Below the pieces are notes generated by a model. It was not told where the DNA came from. It searched no databases and was given only the letters and a program-made list of their open reading frames with translations. A program made the translations under genes and the position numbers. A DNA stretch of 64,000 nt, taken from contig CALWTD010000013.1 of NCBI GenBank assembly GCA_944384395.1, positions 21,888 through 85,887 of the forward strand, read 5' to 3'. Shown piece after piece: positions 34,027-43,745 of the stretch (position 1 is the stretch's first letter; the number at the start of each line of letters is the position of its first letter). The DNA is from an uncultured Clostridia bacterium (lineage in GTDB: Bacteria; Bacillota; Clostridia; Christensenellales; UBA1242).

Positions 34027-34902
34027 ATGGAATTAAAAGGAAGAGTTGTAAAAAAACTTGCAGATGATTTTTGGGTTCATATAAATAACGAAAACATAAA
34101 GTGTAAACCAAGAGGAACACTTAAAGGTAGTGGTATTTATGTTGGTGATATTGTAGATGTGTCGCTTCAAAATAATTTGTATGTTATTGAAAACCTACAC
34201 AAAAGAACAAATCTTTTAATTAGACCACCGATTGCAAATTTACAGCAACTTATAATTGTTATATCAAGTGTGCCAAAGCCGGATTATATGATTGTTGATA
34301 AACTTATTTTGTTTGCATACTCGCATGGAATTACTCCAATTATAGTTGTAAACAAACAAGATTTAAGTGAAAGTGAAAATGAATATATAAATTTTGCTTT
34401 TTTTAATTTTATAAAAATAATTTATGTATCGGCAAAAACAAGCAAAAATATACATCAACTTAAAAACGTATTGAGTAATAAAGTTTCTGCTTTTGCAGGA
34501 CAGTCAGCAGTTGGGAAATCTGCTTTAATAAATATGCTTTTAGAAAATGAAAAGGCAATAGAAGGTGAGTTAAGTGTTAAAATAAATAGAGGAAAAAACA
34601 CAACAAGGCATAGTGAAATTTATTGCCATGATAACATTATGATTGCTGATACTTCTGGATTTACTTCTCTTGATGAAAGACTATTGCCTATTGCTTATTT
34701 TGAACTACCTTATTATTATCCTGACTATAATAAGTACAAAAGAGAATGTAAGTATTCAAGTTGTGTGCATTTCAACGAACCTTATAATGATTGTAAAATT
34801 AAGCAACTTGTAAATAATAACAAGTTAGATAAATTAAGATACGAGAGATATAAAAAAATATATAAAATATTGGAAGAAAAGTGGGTGAAAACACATGGAT
34901 AA
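34027..34902 (+). CDS. rsgA: small ribosomal subunit GTPase RsgA
   Basis: Circularly permuted NKQD / GQSAVGKS / GKNTT / DTSG; C-x4-C-x-H zinc motif. Confidence 0.93.
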   Translation: MELKGRVVKKLADDFWVHINNENIKCKPRGTLKGSGIYVGDIVDVSLQNNLYVIENLHKRTNLLIRPPIANLQQLIIVISSVPKPDYMIVDKLILFAYSHGITPIIVVNKQDLSESENEYINFAFFNFIKIIYVSAKTSKNIHQLKNVLSNKVSAFAGQSAVGKSALINMLLENEKAIEGELSVKINRGKNTTRHSEIYCHDNIMIADTSGFTSLDERLLPIAYFELPYYYPDYNKYKRECKYSSCVHFNEPYNDCKIKQLVNNNKLDKLRYERYKKIYKILEEKWVKTHG

Positions 34903-35551
34903 ATTACTTATTGCACCTTCAACAGATCCTGTTAAAACTGTTGAAGATATAATTAAATATGCAAATGAAATTAAAAACGATGCAGATTTATTGCATTGCG
35001 ATATTATGGACGGAAAGTTTGTTGAAAATAAAACTTTTTCTTATGATGTTGTGCAGATTATAAGAGAAAAAACTTTGTTGCCTTTGGATGTTCATTTAAT
35101 GGTTGAAAAACCAACAAAGTTATTGAAAAAATTTGCACAAAGTGGTGCAAATATAATAACTGTACATTTTGAAGCATATAAATCAAAAAATAAACTTATA
35201 AAAGATCTAAAAACATTAAGGAAAATGGGTGTGCTAAGTGGACTTAGCATTAAACCAAATACAGAAGTTGGTGAAATTGTTTCACTTCTTGGATTTTGTG
35301 ACTTTATTTTAATAATGAGTGTTCAGCCAGGTAAAAGTGGGCAAGAATTTATTGAAAAAACATATAGCAAAGTTAGCGAACTTAATAAAATTAAAAAAGA
35401 TTATGATGCTAGAATAAAAATTGAGGTAGACGGGGGAATAAACCCTGAAATAAGCCATAAACTTAAAGAGCTTGGTGCAGATGTTATAGTTAGTGGAAGC
35501 TATGTTTATTCAAGTAATGATAGGCAAATGGCTATAAGCAATTTAAGATAA
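34895..35551 (+). CDS. rpe: ribulose-phosphate 3-epimerase
   Basis: HCDIMDG, DVHLMV, MSVQPG, VDGG. Confidence 0.93.
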   Translation: MDKLLIAPSTDPVKTVEDIIKYANEIKNDADLLHCDIMDGKFVENKTFSYDVVQIIREKTLLPLDVHLMVEKPTKLLKKFAQSGANIITVHFEAYKSKNKLIKDLKTLRKMGVLSGLSIKPNTEVGEIVSLLGFCDFILIMSVQPGKSGQEFIEKTYSKVSELNKIKKDYDARIKIEVDGGINPEISHKLKELGADVIVSGSYVYSSNDRQMAISNLR

Positions 35552-35598
35552 TCACTTTTGGTTTGTTAATGGCATAATATTATACAAGGAGAAAAAAT

Positions 35599-35679
35599 AT
35601 GAAAATAATATGTGTCAAAGCACCAAAGTTTTTATCGGGAATTTTAAAACTTATTTGCAGAAAAATAATAATAAAATAG
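35599..35679 (+). CDS. spoVM: stage V sporulation protein M (26 aa; absent from the ORF track)
   Basis: MKIICVKAPKFLSGILKLICRKIIIK: Pro9, KxPKFL motif, AAGGAG RBS, between rpe and rpmB as in B. subtilis. Confidence 0.85.
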   Translation: MKIICVKAPKFLSGILKLICRKIIIK

Positions 35680-35761
35680 TTTAATAGTTTGATTTACATA
35701 ATATATATTTTAAGATTAAAATAAAAAACTCACCAAAAGGTGAGCGTTATATTTGTAAAGG

Positions 35762-35944
35762 TTATGCTTTTTTTGCTGTTTTAATACATTTTGTGCAAGC
35801 CTTAACTGTTTTTTCTTTTCCATCTACAACAACTGTTGTTTTTTGCAAATTAACTTCATAAGTGCGATTTGATTTACGATTGCTGTGGCTTACATTGTGT
35901 CCTGCCATTTTGCCTTTTCCACATATTTCACATACTCTGCTCAT
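35762..35944 (-). CDS. rpmB: 50S ribosomal protein L28
   Basis: MSRVCEICGK...VSHSNRK...CTKC; GGAGG RBS. Confidence 0.96.
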   Translation of the reverse strand: MSRVCEICGKGKMAGHNVSHSNRKSNRTYEVNLQKTTVVVDGKEKTVKACTKCIKTAKKA

Positions 35945-36110
35945 TGTATCCTCCGTTAGACTATTTTTAATTTTTACAACACACATACTAGCATTTTTTT
36001 AAAAACAAATCAAGAGTTTTATGTAATTTTTTAAAAAAATGTTAAAAATACTTGAAGAAAACTTTTTTTTATTGTATATTTGTTATGCGAATTTATTGTA
36101 TGGAGGAAAA

Positions 36111-36461
36111 ATGGCTGTCGAAACAAACAATTTCTATGGCAAGATAACAATATCGGACGAAGCAATTGCTACGGTCGCTGGTTTTGCTACTCTTGATTCT
36201 TATGGAGTTGTTGATTTGGTGTCAAAAAACCTTAAAGACGGAATTCGTGAACTTTTAGTAAAACAACCTTATTCCCGTGGAATAAAGATAAATAATGTAG
36301 AAAATAGAATATTCATCGACATTTACTGTATTTTAAAATACGGTATTTCAGTGAGCGCTGTTGCAGAAAGTTTAAAAAAGACAATAAAATTTAGCGTTGA
36401 AAAATTTACAGGTATGATTGTTGATACGGTTAATATTCATGTTGTCGGTGTTAGAGTTTAG
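36111..36461 (+). CDS. Asp23/Gls24 family protein (YloU-like)
   Basis: YGKITISDEAIA...VNIHVVGV; upstream of the DAK2 gene. Confidence 0.9.
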   Translation: MAVETNNFYGKITISDEAIATVAGFATLDSYGVVDLVSKNLKDGIRELLVKQPYSRGIKINNVENRIFIDIYCILKYGISVSAVAESLKKTIKFSVEKFTGMIVDTVNIHVVGVRV

Positions 36462-36470
36462 GAGTAAATA

Positions 36471-38108
36471 ATGCAAAAGGCAATAAATGGTGCAACTTTT
36501 AGAAAGATGGTGCTAGGTGGGGTTGCGCTTCTCGATCAAAATAAACAACTAGTAGATTCTTTAAATGTTTTTCCTGTTCCAGATGGTGACACAGGAACAA
36601 ACATGTTTTTAACAATGAAGTCTGCTGGAAACGAAGTTAATAACTGTCCTGATAATTCATTACAAAATTTGTGTGAGGCATTTGCAAAAGGCGCACTTAG
36701 AGGAGCAAGAGGAAATTCAGGTGTTATCACTTCACAAATTGTAAAAGGTATGACATCGGTACTTTCTGGTGTTGAAAATATAACAACAAAAATTTTTTCA
36801 AAAGCAATTGTAGAAGGTAGTAAAGTTGCTTATAAGGCAGTTACAAAACCAAAAGAAGGAACTATTCTCACAATTATAAGGACAATGGGAGAATATTCAG
36901 TAGAAGTTGCTAAAAAAACTTCAGACCTTGAACAATTTTTAAAACAAGTAATTGATAAAGGAGAAGAAACATTACAACAAACTCCAGAAATGCTACCTGT
37001 ACTAAAAAAAGCAGGTGTTGTTGATGCTGGTGGTAGAGGCATAATTATCATTTTTACCGGATTTTATAAAGCACTCATTGGCGAAGAAGATTTTAAAACT
37101 GTATTTGAAGATGGACAACCTGTGCAAACTGCAGATGATGTTATTGCCGATATTAATAATCTTGCTGATATTGAATTTGGATACTGCACCGAGTATATGA
37201 TTATCAATATGCACAAAAAAACAACAGAAGCCGACATTGAAAAACTTAAAGAAAAACTTATGCAAATAGGTGACTCTGTTTTGTGTATTGGCGACTTACT
37301 TTTAGTAAAAGTCCACGTGCACACAAACCAACCAAATCTTGCGCTTGGTTATGCTTTGGAATTAGGAGAACTTTATAATTTAAAAATTGAAAACATGAGG
37401 GAACAAAATCGTGAACTCAAAAAGAAAGCAGGACAAAAGCAAGAAAATTTAAAAGAAATGGGTATGGTTTCAGTTGCTCCCGGCAAGGGAATTGCAGAAC
37501 TTATGAAAGACCTTATGATTGACGAAATTATACAAGGTGGACAAACAATGAATCCTAGTGCTGCTGATATTGCACAAGCAGTTGATAAAGTTCCTGCAAA
37601 AACCGTTTTTGTTTTTCCTAATAATAAAAATATTATTCTTGCTGCAGAACAGGCAAAAGGTCTAACAACAAAAAATCTTGTTGTTATTCCAACAAGAAGC
37701 ATTCCAGAAGGAATTTCTGCATCACTTGCATTTAATCCTGACGCAACAGTTGAAGAAAACACAGAAAACATGAGTAATGCTTATACAAATGTGAAAAGTG
37801 CGTCTGTAACCTATGCAGTAAGAGCAACTCATGTTGATGGATTTGACCTTTCTGTCGGTGAAGTTATTGGACTTGACGACAAAGCAATTCTTGCAAAAGG
37901 TAATCTTGTTAATCCAACAACAGAAGATTTAATTGCTAAAATGATTGATGAGAGTATGGTTAGTATAACGCTTTTCTATGGCGAAGATGTAAAACAAGAG
38001 GACGCAGAAGCGTTAAAAGAAGTTCTTTCTCAAAAATATCCAGATTGTGAAATAACTGTTATTGATGGTGGTCAACCTGTTTATTACTATATTATATCAA
38101 TGGAATAA
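36471..38108 (+). CDS. fakA: DAK2-domain fatty acid kinase subunit (FakA/YloV)
   Basis: LNVFPVPDGDTGTNM, GARGNSG, VDAGG, YCTE, HVH, GGQPVY. Confidence 0.92.
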   Translation: MQKAINGATFRKMVLGGVALLDQNKQLVDSLNVFPVPDGDTGTNMFLTMKSAGNEVNNCPDNSLQNLCEAFAKGALRGARGNSGVITSQIVKGMTSVLSGVENITTKIFSKAIVEGSKVAYKAVTKPKEGTILTIIRTMGEYSVEVAKKTSDLEQFLKQVIDKGEETLQQTPEMLPVLKKAGVVDAGGRGIIIIFTGFYKALIGEEDFKTVFEDGQPVQTADDVIADINNLADIEFGYCTEYMIINMHKKTTEADIEKLKEKLMQIGDSVLCIGDLLLVKVHVHTNQPNLALGYALELGELYNLKIENMREQNRELKKKAGQKQENLKEMGMVSVAPGKGIAELMKDLMIDEIIQGGQTMNPSAADIAQAVDKVPAKTVFVFPNNKNIILAAEQAKGLTTKNLVVIPTRSIPEGISASLAFNPDATVEENTENMSNAYTNVKSASVTYAVRATHVDGFDLSVGEVIGLDDKAILAKGNLVNPTTEDLIAKMIDESMVSITLFYGEDVKQEDAEALKEVLSQKYPDCEITVIDGGQPVYYYIISME

Positions 38109-38136
38109 AAGTAATCTCGAAAGAGATTATTTTTTT
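38107..38136 (+). terminator. intrinsic terminator
   Basis: AAAAGTAATCTC-GAAA-GAGATTATTTTTTT. Confidence 0.8.
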
Positions 38137-38197
38137 ATTAAATTACTTGATTTATTTTTTGATATATGATATTTATATTAAGTCGTCATTGACAAAT

Positions 38198-38290
38198 TAA
38201 CACCTAATGTAGATTCCAACACGGTTGCCTATGCTTTTTGCAGGTTGTGAAGGGAGATTTAAAACACTAGGGAAGACTAAAAACAAGGAG
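38198..38290 (+). promoter_or_regulatory. rpsB 5' leader (probable S2 autoregulatory RNA)
   Basis: GC-richer leader (CACCTA...GATTCC...GGTTGC...GGGAGAT...TAGGGAAG) upstream of rpsB; position matches known S2 leaders. Confidence 0.5.
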
Positions 38291-38301
38291 GATAAAAATT
38301 T

Positions 38302-39279
38302 ATGTCAGTTATTTCAATGAAACAACTTCTAGAGGCAGGCGTACATTTTGGTCATCAAACAAGAAAGTGGAATCCAAAAATGGCAAAATATATTTTTACT
38401 GCAAGAAATGATATTCATATCATAAACCTAGAAGAAACATCGGTGCTAGTAGACAAAGCATACGCTTTTGTTAGAGATGTTGTAGCATCAGGAAAATCAG
38501 TTCTTTTTGTGGGAACAAAAAAACAAGCACAAGAAGCAATAAAGGAAGAAGCAGAACGTTGTGGTATGTTCTATGTTAACAATCGTTGGCTTGGTGGTTG
38601 TTTAACAAACTTCAAAACAATTAGATTAAGAATTGAAAGATTAAATAAACTTAATCAAATGGAAAAAGTTGGAGAATTTAATTTATTACCAAAAAAAGAA
38701 GTTGCTCTTTTAAAACATGAAAGAGAGAAACTTGAGGCTAACCTTGGTGGAATTAAAGATATGAGAGAAATGCCAGGAGTTATCTTTGTTGTAGATTCTT
38801 CAAAAGAACATATATGTGTTAAAGAAGCAAGAGCATTAAATATTCCACTTGTTGGACTAATCGACACAAACTGTGACCCAACAGGAATTGATTATGTTAT
38901 TCCAGGAAACGATGATGCAATTCGTTCAGTTAAACTTATAGCAAGTGCAATTGCAGATGCAGTCATTGAAGCAAGAGAAGGTGTTTCTTTAAATAAAAAC
39001 ACAGACGAAGACGAAGAAACTGTTGATATGAATGCAGTTCTTGCTGATGTTAAACCAATAGAAACAAAAGAAGAAGACGAAGTAAAACCTGTTAAAAAAA
39101 CAAGAGCAAAAAAAGCAGTTAAAGTAGAAGAAAACAAAGAAGAAATTTCAAAAGAAGCAGAAGAAACGAAAGAAGAACCAAAAGAAGAAGTTAAAGAGAA
39201 AGAAGAAAAACCTGCTAAAAAAACAAGAACAAAAAAACAAGAAAAACCAACTGAAAAAGAAGAACCAAAAGGAGAATAA
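38302..39279 (+). CDS. rpsB: 30S ribosomal protein S2 with a long charged C-terminal tail
   Basis: [26 protein letters not shown]. Confidence 0.97.
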   Translation: MSVISMKQLLEAGVHFGHQTRKWNPKMAKYIFTARNDIHIINLEETSVLVDKAYAFVRDVVASGKSVLFVGTKKQAQEAIKEEAERCGMFYVNNRWLGGCLTNFKTIRLRIERLNKLNQMEKVGEFNLLPKKEVALLKHEREKLEANLGGIKDMREMPGVIFVVDSSKEHICVKEARALNIPLVGLIDTNCDPTGIDYVIPGNDDAIRSVKLIASAIADAVIEAREGVSLNKNTDEDEETVDMNAVLADVKPIETKEEDEVKPVKKTRAKKAVKVEENKEEISKEAEETKEEPKEEVKEKEEKPAKKTRTKKQEKPTEKEEPKGE

Positions 39280-39283
39280 AAAT

Positions 39284-39931
39284 ATGTTTACTGCACAAGA
39301 TGTTGTAAAACTTCGTGCTAGCACCGGTGCTGGTATGATGGATTGTAAAAAAGCATTAACAGAAAGCAATGGAGATTTTGATAAAGCCGTAATTTGGCTT
39401 AGAGAAAAAGGAATTGCTGCTGCTGCTAAAAAAGCAGATAGAATTGCAGCCGAAGGCGCTGTTGGTTCATACATTCATATGGGTGGCAAAATTGGCGTTT
39501 TAGTTGAAATCAATTGTGAAACAGACTTTGTTGCAAGAAGCGCACAATTCCAAACATTACTAAAAGATATTGCAATGCAAATTGCAGCTGCAAATCCAAA
39601 ATATGTTACAATTGAAGAAGTTCCAAGTGAAGAAGTTGAGAAAGAAAAAGAAGTTTTAACTGCTCAATCTCTAAACGAAGGAAAACCTGCAAATGTAGTT
39701 GAAAAAATGGTTGAAGGCAGAATTCATAAATTTTATAAAGAAATTTGTTTGTTAGAACAAGATTTTGTTAAGGATCCTTCAAAATCTGTTAAAGAAGTTA
39801 TTAACGAAGCAGTTCTTTCAATTGGTGAAAAGATAAACGTAAGAAGGTTTGTACGTTACGAAATGGGCGAAGGTCTTACAAAAAGAGTTGATAATTTAGC
39901 AGAAGAAGTTGCAAAAATGTCTAAAAAATAA
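39284..39931 (+). CDS. tsf: elongation factor Ts (short form)
   Basis: [22 protein letters not shown]. Confidence 0.97.
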   Translation: MFTAQDVVKLRASTGAGMMDCKKALTESNGDFDKAVIWLREKGIAAAAKKADRIAAEGAVGSYIHMGGKIGVLVEINCETDFVARSAQFQTLLKDIAMQIAAANPKYVTIEEVPSEEVEKEKEVLTAQSLNEGKPANVVEKMVEGRIHKFYKEICLLEQDFVKDPSKSVKEVINEAVLSIGEKINVRRFVRYEMGEGLTKRVDNLAEEVAKMSKK

Positions 39932-39934
39932 TAT

Positions 39935-39963
39935 AAATATCCACTGTTATGTGGATATTTTTT
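39935..39963 (+). terminator. intrinsic terminator after tsf
   Basis: AAATATCCAC-TGTTAT-GTGGATATTTTTT. Confidence 0.75.
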
Positions 39964-40049
39964 ATGTATAAAAACTATTTTATTTTAAAACATTTGCAAT
40001 AATTCGTAATATATAGTAACATATAAATATTATATTATAAGGAGAATTT

Positions 40050-40622
40050 ATGCAAGATAACGAAATGGTAAAAGAAGTAAAAGATGGTTATGAACAAGAT
40101 TTAAAAAAAGCACTTGACCATCTTATTAGTGAGTATCAAGTTATTCGTGCTGGCAGAGCAAATCCACATATCTTAGATAAAGTTTTTGTAGATTATTATG
40201 GAGTGCCAACACCAGTAAATCAAATGGCCAACATTTCTGTTCCAGAAGCAAGAATGATTATGATTAGCGTTTGGGACCAAAGTCAAGTTAAAGAAATATC
40301 AAAAGCAATCTTGGCATCTGATATTGGTGTAACACCAAGTGATGATGGTAAAATAATCAGGCTTGTTTTTCCAGCACTTACCGAAGAAAGAAGAAAAGAA
40401 ATAGTTAAACAAGTTAAAAAATTGAGCGAAGAAACAAAAATTGCAATGCGCAATGCAAGAAGAGATTGTTTGGATTTATATAAACAAATGAAAAAAGATA
40501 ATGAGTTAAGTGAAGACGAATTTGCAACTTTGGAAACAGAAGTTCAAAAAATACAAGATAAATATATATCTCTTTGCGATAAAGAAAGTTTAGATAAAGA
40601 AAAAGAGGTAATGGAAATTTAA
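40050..40622 (+). CDS. frr: ribosome recycling factor
   Basis: IRAGRANP, YYGVPTP, LTEERRKE. Confidence 0.96.
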   Translation: MQDNEMVKEVKDGYEQDLKKALDHLISEYQVIRAGRANPHILDKVFVDYYGVPTPVNQMANISVPEARMIMISVWDQSQVKEISKAILASDIGVTPSDDGKIIRLVFPALTEERRKEIVKQVKKLSEETKIAMRNARRDCLDLYKQMKKDNELSEDEFATLETEVQKIQDKYISLCDKESLDKEKEVMEI

Positions 40623-40813
40623 TGGAGCATCTAATTGGGTTAAACATTGAAGATGCAAAAAATGAATTAAATAATAAAGGTATTAGTTTTAAAATTGTGA
40701 GCAACAATCATAATGTCTGTGGTGACACATGTTTGGTTACTAATGCAGTTCAACTAGAAGATAAAACAATAGTGCTAACTGTTGGAAGTTTTATATTTAA
40801 TTTAAAGGACTAA
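40622..40813 (+). CDS. small stand-alone PASTA-like protein
   Basis: LIGLNIEDAKNELNNKGI resembles a PASTA N-terminus; start overlaps the frr stop. Confidence 0.6.
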   Translation: MEHLIGLNIEDAKNELNNKGISFKIVSNNHNVCGDTCLVTNAVQLEDKTIVLTVGSFIFNLKD

Positions 40814-40817
40814 TGTA

Positions 40818-41531
40818 ATGTTTAAAATAGACAAGAATAAAATTCCATATCATGTTGGCATAATTATGGACGGCAATGGTAGATGGGCAAAGAAAAGATT
40901 GCTTCCTCGCTTAGCAGGGCACAAGGCTGGTGTTGATGCACTAAAAAGAGTAACAAATGCTGCAAGAGAATTAGGTATAAAAGAATTATCATTTTTTGCT
41001 TTTTCGACTGAAAATTGGCAACGAGACAAAGAAGAAGTTGATGGCATTTTTGATTTAGTTTTAAAACATCTTAAAGAAAATTATGAAAGGTTTATCCATG
41101 ACAAGGTCAAGATAACAACAATGGGTGATATTTCAAAATTACCTAAAAATTTATACGAACTTTTAGTAGATGTATCAAACAAAACTAAACACAACACCGA
41201 ATTTATTGTGAATATTGGCTTAAATTATGGATCAAGGTCAGAAATTATAAGAGCATGCAACAACCTTATAGATAAAGGTAAAAAAAACATAACACAGCAA
41301 GATTTTATAAATGAGTTGTATACATCTTCATTAAAAGACCCTGATTTGATAATTAGGACCAGTGGGGAACAAAGGTTAAGCAATTTTATGCTTTTCCAAT
41401 CGGCATATAGTGAATTGTATTTTACTAAAACATATTGGCCAGATTTTAATAAAAAACATTTAATTAAAGCAATTAAAGATTATCAATCTCGAGATAGAAG
41501 ATTTGGCAAAATTAAACAGGAGAAAAAATAA
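40818..41531 (+). CDS. uppS: undecaprenyl diphosphate synthase
   Basis: HVGIIMDGNGRWA, FSTENW, IRTSGEQRLSNF. Confidence 0.96.
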   Translation: MFKIDKNKIPYHVGIIMDGNGRWAKKRLLPRLAGHKAGVDALKRVTNAARELGIKELSFFAFSTENWQRDKEEVDGIFDLVLKHLKENYERFIHDKVKITTMGDISKLPKNLYELLVDVSNKTKHNTEFIVNIGLNYGSRSEIIRACNNLIDKGKKNITQQDFINELYTSSLKDPDLIIRTSGEQRLSNFMLFQSAYSELYFTKTYWPDFNKKHLIKAIKDYQSRDRRFGKIKQEKK

Positions 41532-42479
41532 ATGAAACAACGAACAATAACAGGAGCAATTATTATTGCAACAATAATTTTAGTTTTACTTGCAAGACAG
41601 TTAACAACTTATATTTTTGATGCATTTATTCTGCTACTTAGTTTTATTGCAACTTATGAAATGACAAATATACTTGCAAAAATGAATTTGTATAACAACA
41701 AATATTTTGCGTTATGTTATCCATTTTTGGCGTATGGGTTGTTTATACTTGGTATAAATACATCAATGAAATGGTATATGATAGTTCTTATTGAACTTGC
41801 TTTAATTGTTGTTTTCTTTGGCGTTTTAGCAATGCTTGGTATTATTTTATCTAAAAAAACAAAAAATGAAATTGCAACAAGAAATTTAAAAATTAAAGTT
41901 GAAAGATTTTCAATGTATAAAACAATACACACGATGTTTGCATATTTTTATCCTTCACTTTTAATGTTGTTTTTTGTGGCAATAAATAATATACAAAACA
42001 TGGGATATTTGTTTGATGTTCCTGTTTCGTATTTGGTTTATATTTCAGTTTTTGCTTTAATATTAACTTTCACAATACCAATATTTTCAGATACTTTTGC
42101 TTATTTAACAGGAATACTATTTAAAGGACCTAAACTTTGTCCAAAAATAAGTCCAAATAAAACTATATCTGGTGCGATAGGTGGAGTTTTATGGGGAATA
42201 ATTGGTTCACTTGCAATATATTTAATATTTAATTCAATTCCTGAATATAATGAAGCATTTACAAGTGTGGGATTTGCATTTTGGCATTTTATAATTTTGG
42301 GCTTTGTTGCTTCGATTATTTGTATATGTGGAGATTTGTTTGAAAGTTACCTAAAAAGAAAGGCAAATGTTAAAGACTCTGGCGATATTTTGCCAGGGCA
42401 TGGTGGTATACTAGATAGAATGGACAGTCATATATTTTGTGCACCAGTTGTTTTCATATTTTTAATTATTTTATTGTAA
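41532..42479 (+). CDS. cdsA: phosphatidate cytidylyltransferase
   Basis: ISPNKT, GDLFES.LKR...KDSG.ILPGHGGILDRMDS. Confidence 0.94.
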   Translation: MKQRTITGAIIIATIILVLLARQLTTYIFDAFILLLSFIATYEMTNILAKMNLYNNKYFALCYPFLAYGLFILGINTSMKWYMIVLIELALIVVFFGVLAMLGIILSKKTKNEIATRNLKIKVERFSMYKTIHTMFAYFYPSLLMLFFVAINNIQNMGYLFDVPVSYLVYISVFALILTFTIPIFSDTFAYLTGILFKGPKLCPKISPNKTISGAIGGVLWGIIGSLAIYLIFNSIPEYNEAFTSVGFAFWHFIILGFVASIICICGDLFESYLKRKANVKDSGDILPGHGGILDRMDSHIFCAPVVFIFLIILL

Positions 42480-42488
42480 GGAGTTATA

Positions 42489-43745
42489 ATGAGTTTTTTG
42501 TGCGCTGGTTTTTTTAGTACGGTTTTATATGTATTTTTAGCAATATGTATATTGCTTTTAATGGTTTTAATACATGAATTTGGACACTATATTGTTGGGA
42601 GAATGCTTGGATTTAAAATTAATGAATTTTCAATTGGTTTTGGTAAAGCAATATTTTCTAAAATAAATAAAAGAGGTGAAAAAATTTCACTTCGTATTTT
42701 TCCTCTTGGTGGATATTGTGCATTTGAAGGCGAGGGTGATGATGAAGATGACGAAATAAAAACTGAAAAAACCGATAAAGTTGATAAAAATCAAGAAGAT
42801 AAAAAGACTGAAACAAAAAATTTAAATGTTGATAAAAAAGAAACAACAGAAATTATAAAAGAAATCAACGAAATAACAACAAGCGATGTTGATTCAATTA
42901 AAACAAAAAAGCAGTATAACAAAGATGCATTCAACAATCAAAAGGCATGGAAAAGGTTGCTTGTTTATGGTGCTGGTGTATTTTTTAACTTTTTAAGTGC
43001 AATTCTATTTTCTTTTATTTTACTTGTTTCATATGGATATGATATACCTCAAGCAAAAATTATTACTGCAGGCGAGTTACAAAATTTGCAAGATAGAACA
43101 ATTTTAATATATAGTACCGAATTAAATCAGGATGATGTTATTGTAAAGGTTAATGGTCATAGAATTAGTATATTAACTGGAACTCTTTCTGAACAATTAT
43201 CAAACATTGAGCCAAATACTGATTTTACAATAACTGTAAAAAGCAAAAATAAAGAAAGAGAAATCGTTGTTCAATATACTGTGTACAGTGAAGAAGATGG
43301 AATATCAGACTATTCAAATTTGTATTCAATGCAACCTTATAAACATTCGTTTTTTGAAGCACTTGGTAGAAGTTTTGAAATTTCGGTTGGATTTGCATGG
43401 GTTGTGCTAAAAGGTTTTTGGCAAATAATTACAGGGCAAATTGCATTTAGTCAACTTGGTGGTCCAATTTCAACCATTGGTATGATTACAACAATTACTC
43501 AAAGTGGACTAATGAATTTTATGATTTTATTGCCACTTCTTGCTGCAAACCTTGCGGTGTTTAACTTTTTACCAATTCCAGCACTTGATGGGTCTCATGC
43601 TGTATTTACTCTGTTAGAATGGATATTTGGAAAGCCTGTTGTAAGTAGAAAAGTTGAAAATTATATTCATTTTTATGGACTTTTAATTTTATTGTTATTT
43701 GTTATAGTGGTGGATATAGTTCATATAGCAGTAGTGGGATTATAG
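42489..43745 (+). CDS. rseP: site-2 (RIP) metalloprotease RseP/RasP
   Basis: HEFGH, PLGGYC, NFLPIPALDG. Confidence 0.92.
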   Translation: MSFLCAGFFSTVLYVFLAICILLLMVLIHEFGHYIVGRMLGFKINEFSIGFGKAIFSKINKRGEKISLRIFPLGGYCAFEGEGDDEDDEIKTEKTDKVDKNQEDKKTETKNLNVDKKETTEIIKEINEITTSDVDSIKTKKQYNKDAFNNQKAWKRLLVYGAGVFFNFLSAILFSFILLVSYGYDIPQAKIITAGELQNLQDRTILIYSTELNQDDVIVKVNGHRISILTGTLSEQLSNIEPNTDFTITVKSKNKEREIVVQYTVYSEEDGISDYSNLYSMQPYKHSFFEALGRSFEISVGFAWVVLKGFWQIITGQIAFSQLGGPISTIGMITTITQSGLMNFMILLPLLAANLAVFNFLPIPALDGSHAVFTLLEWIFGKPVVSRKVENYIHFYGLLILLLFVIVVDIVHIAVVGL

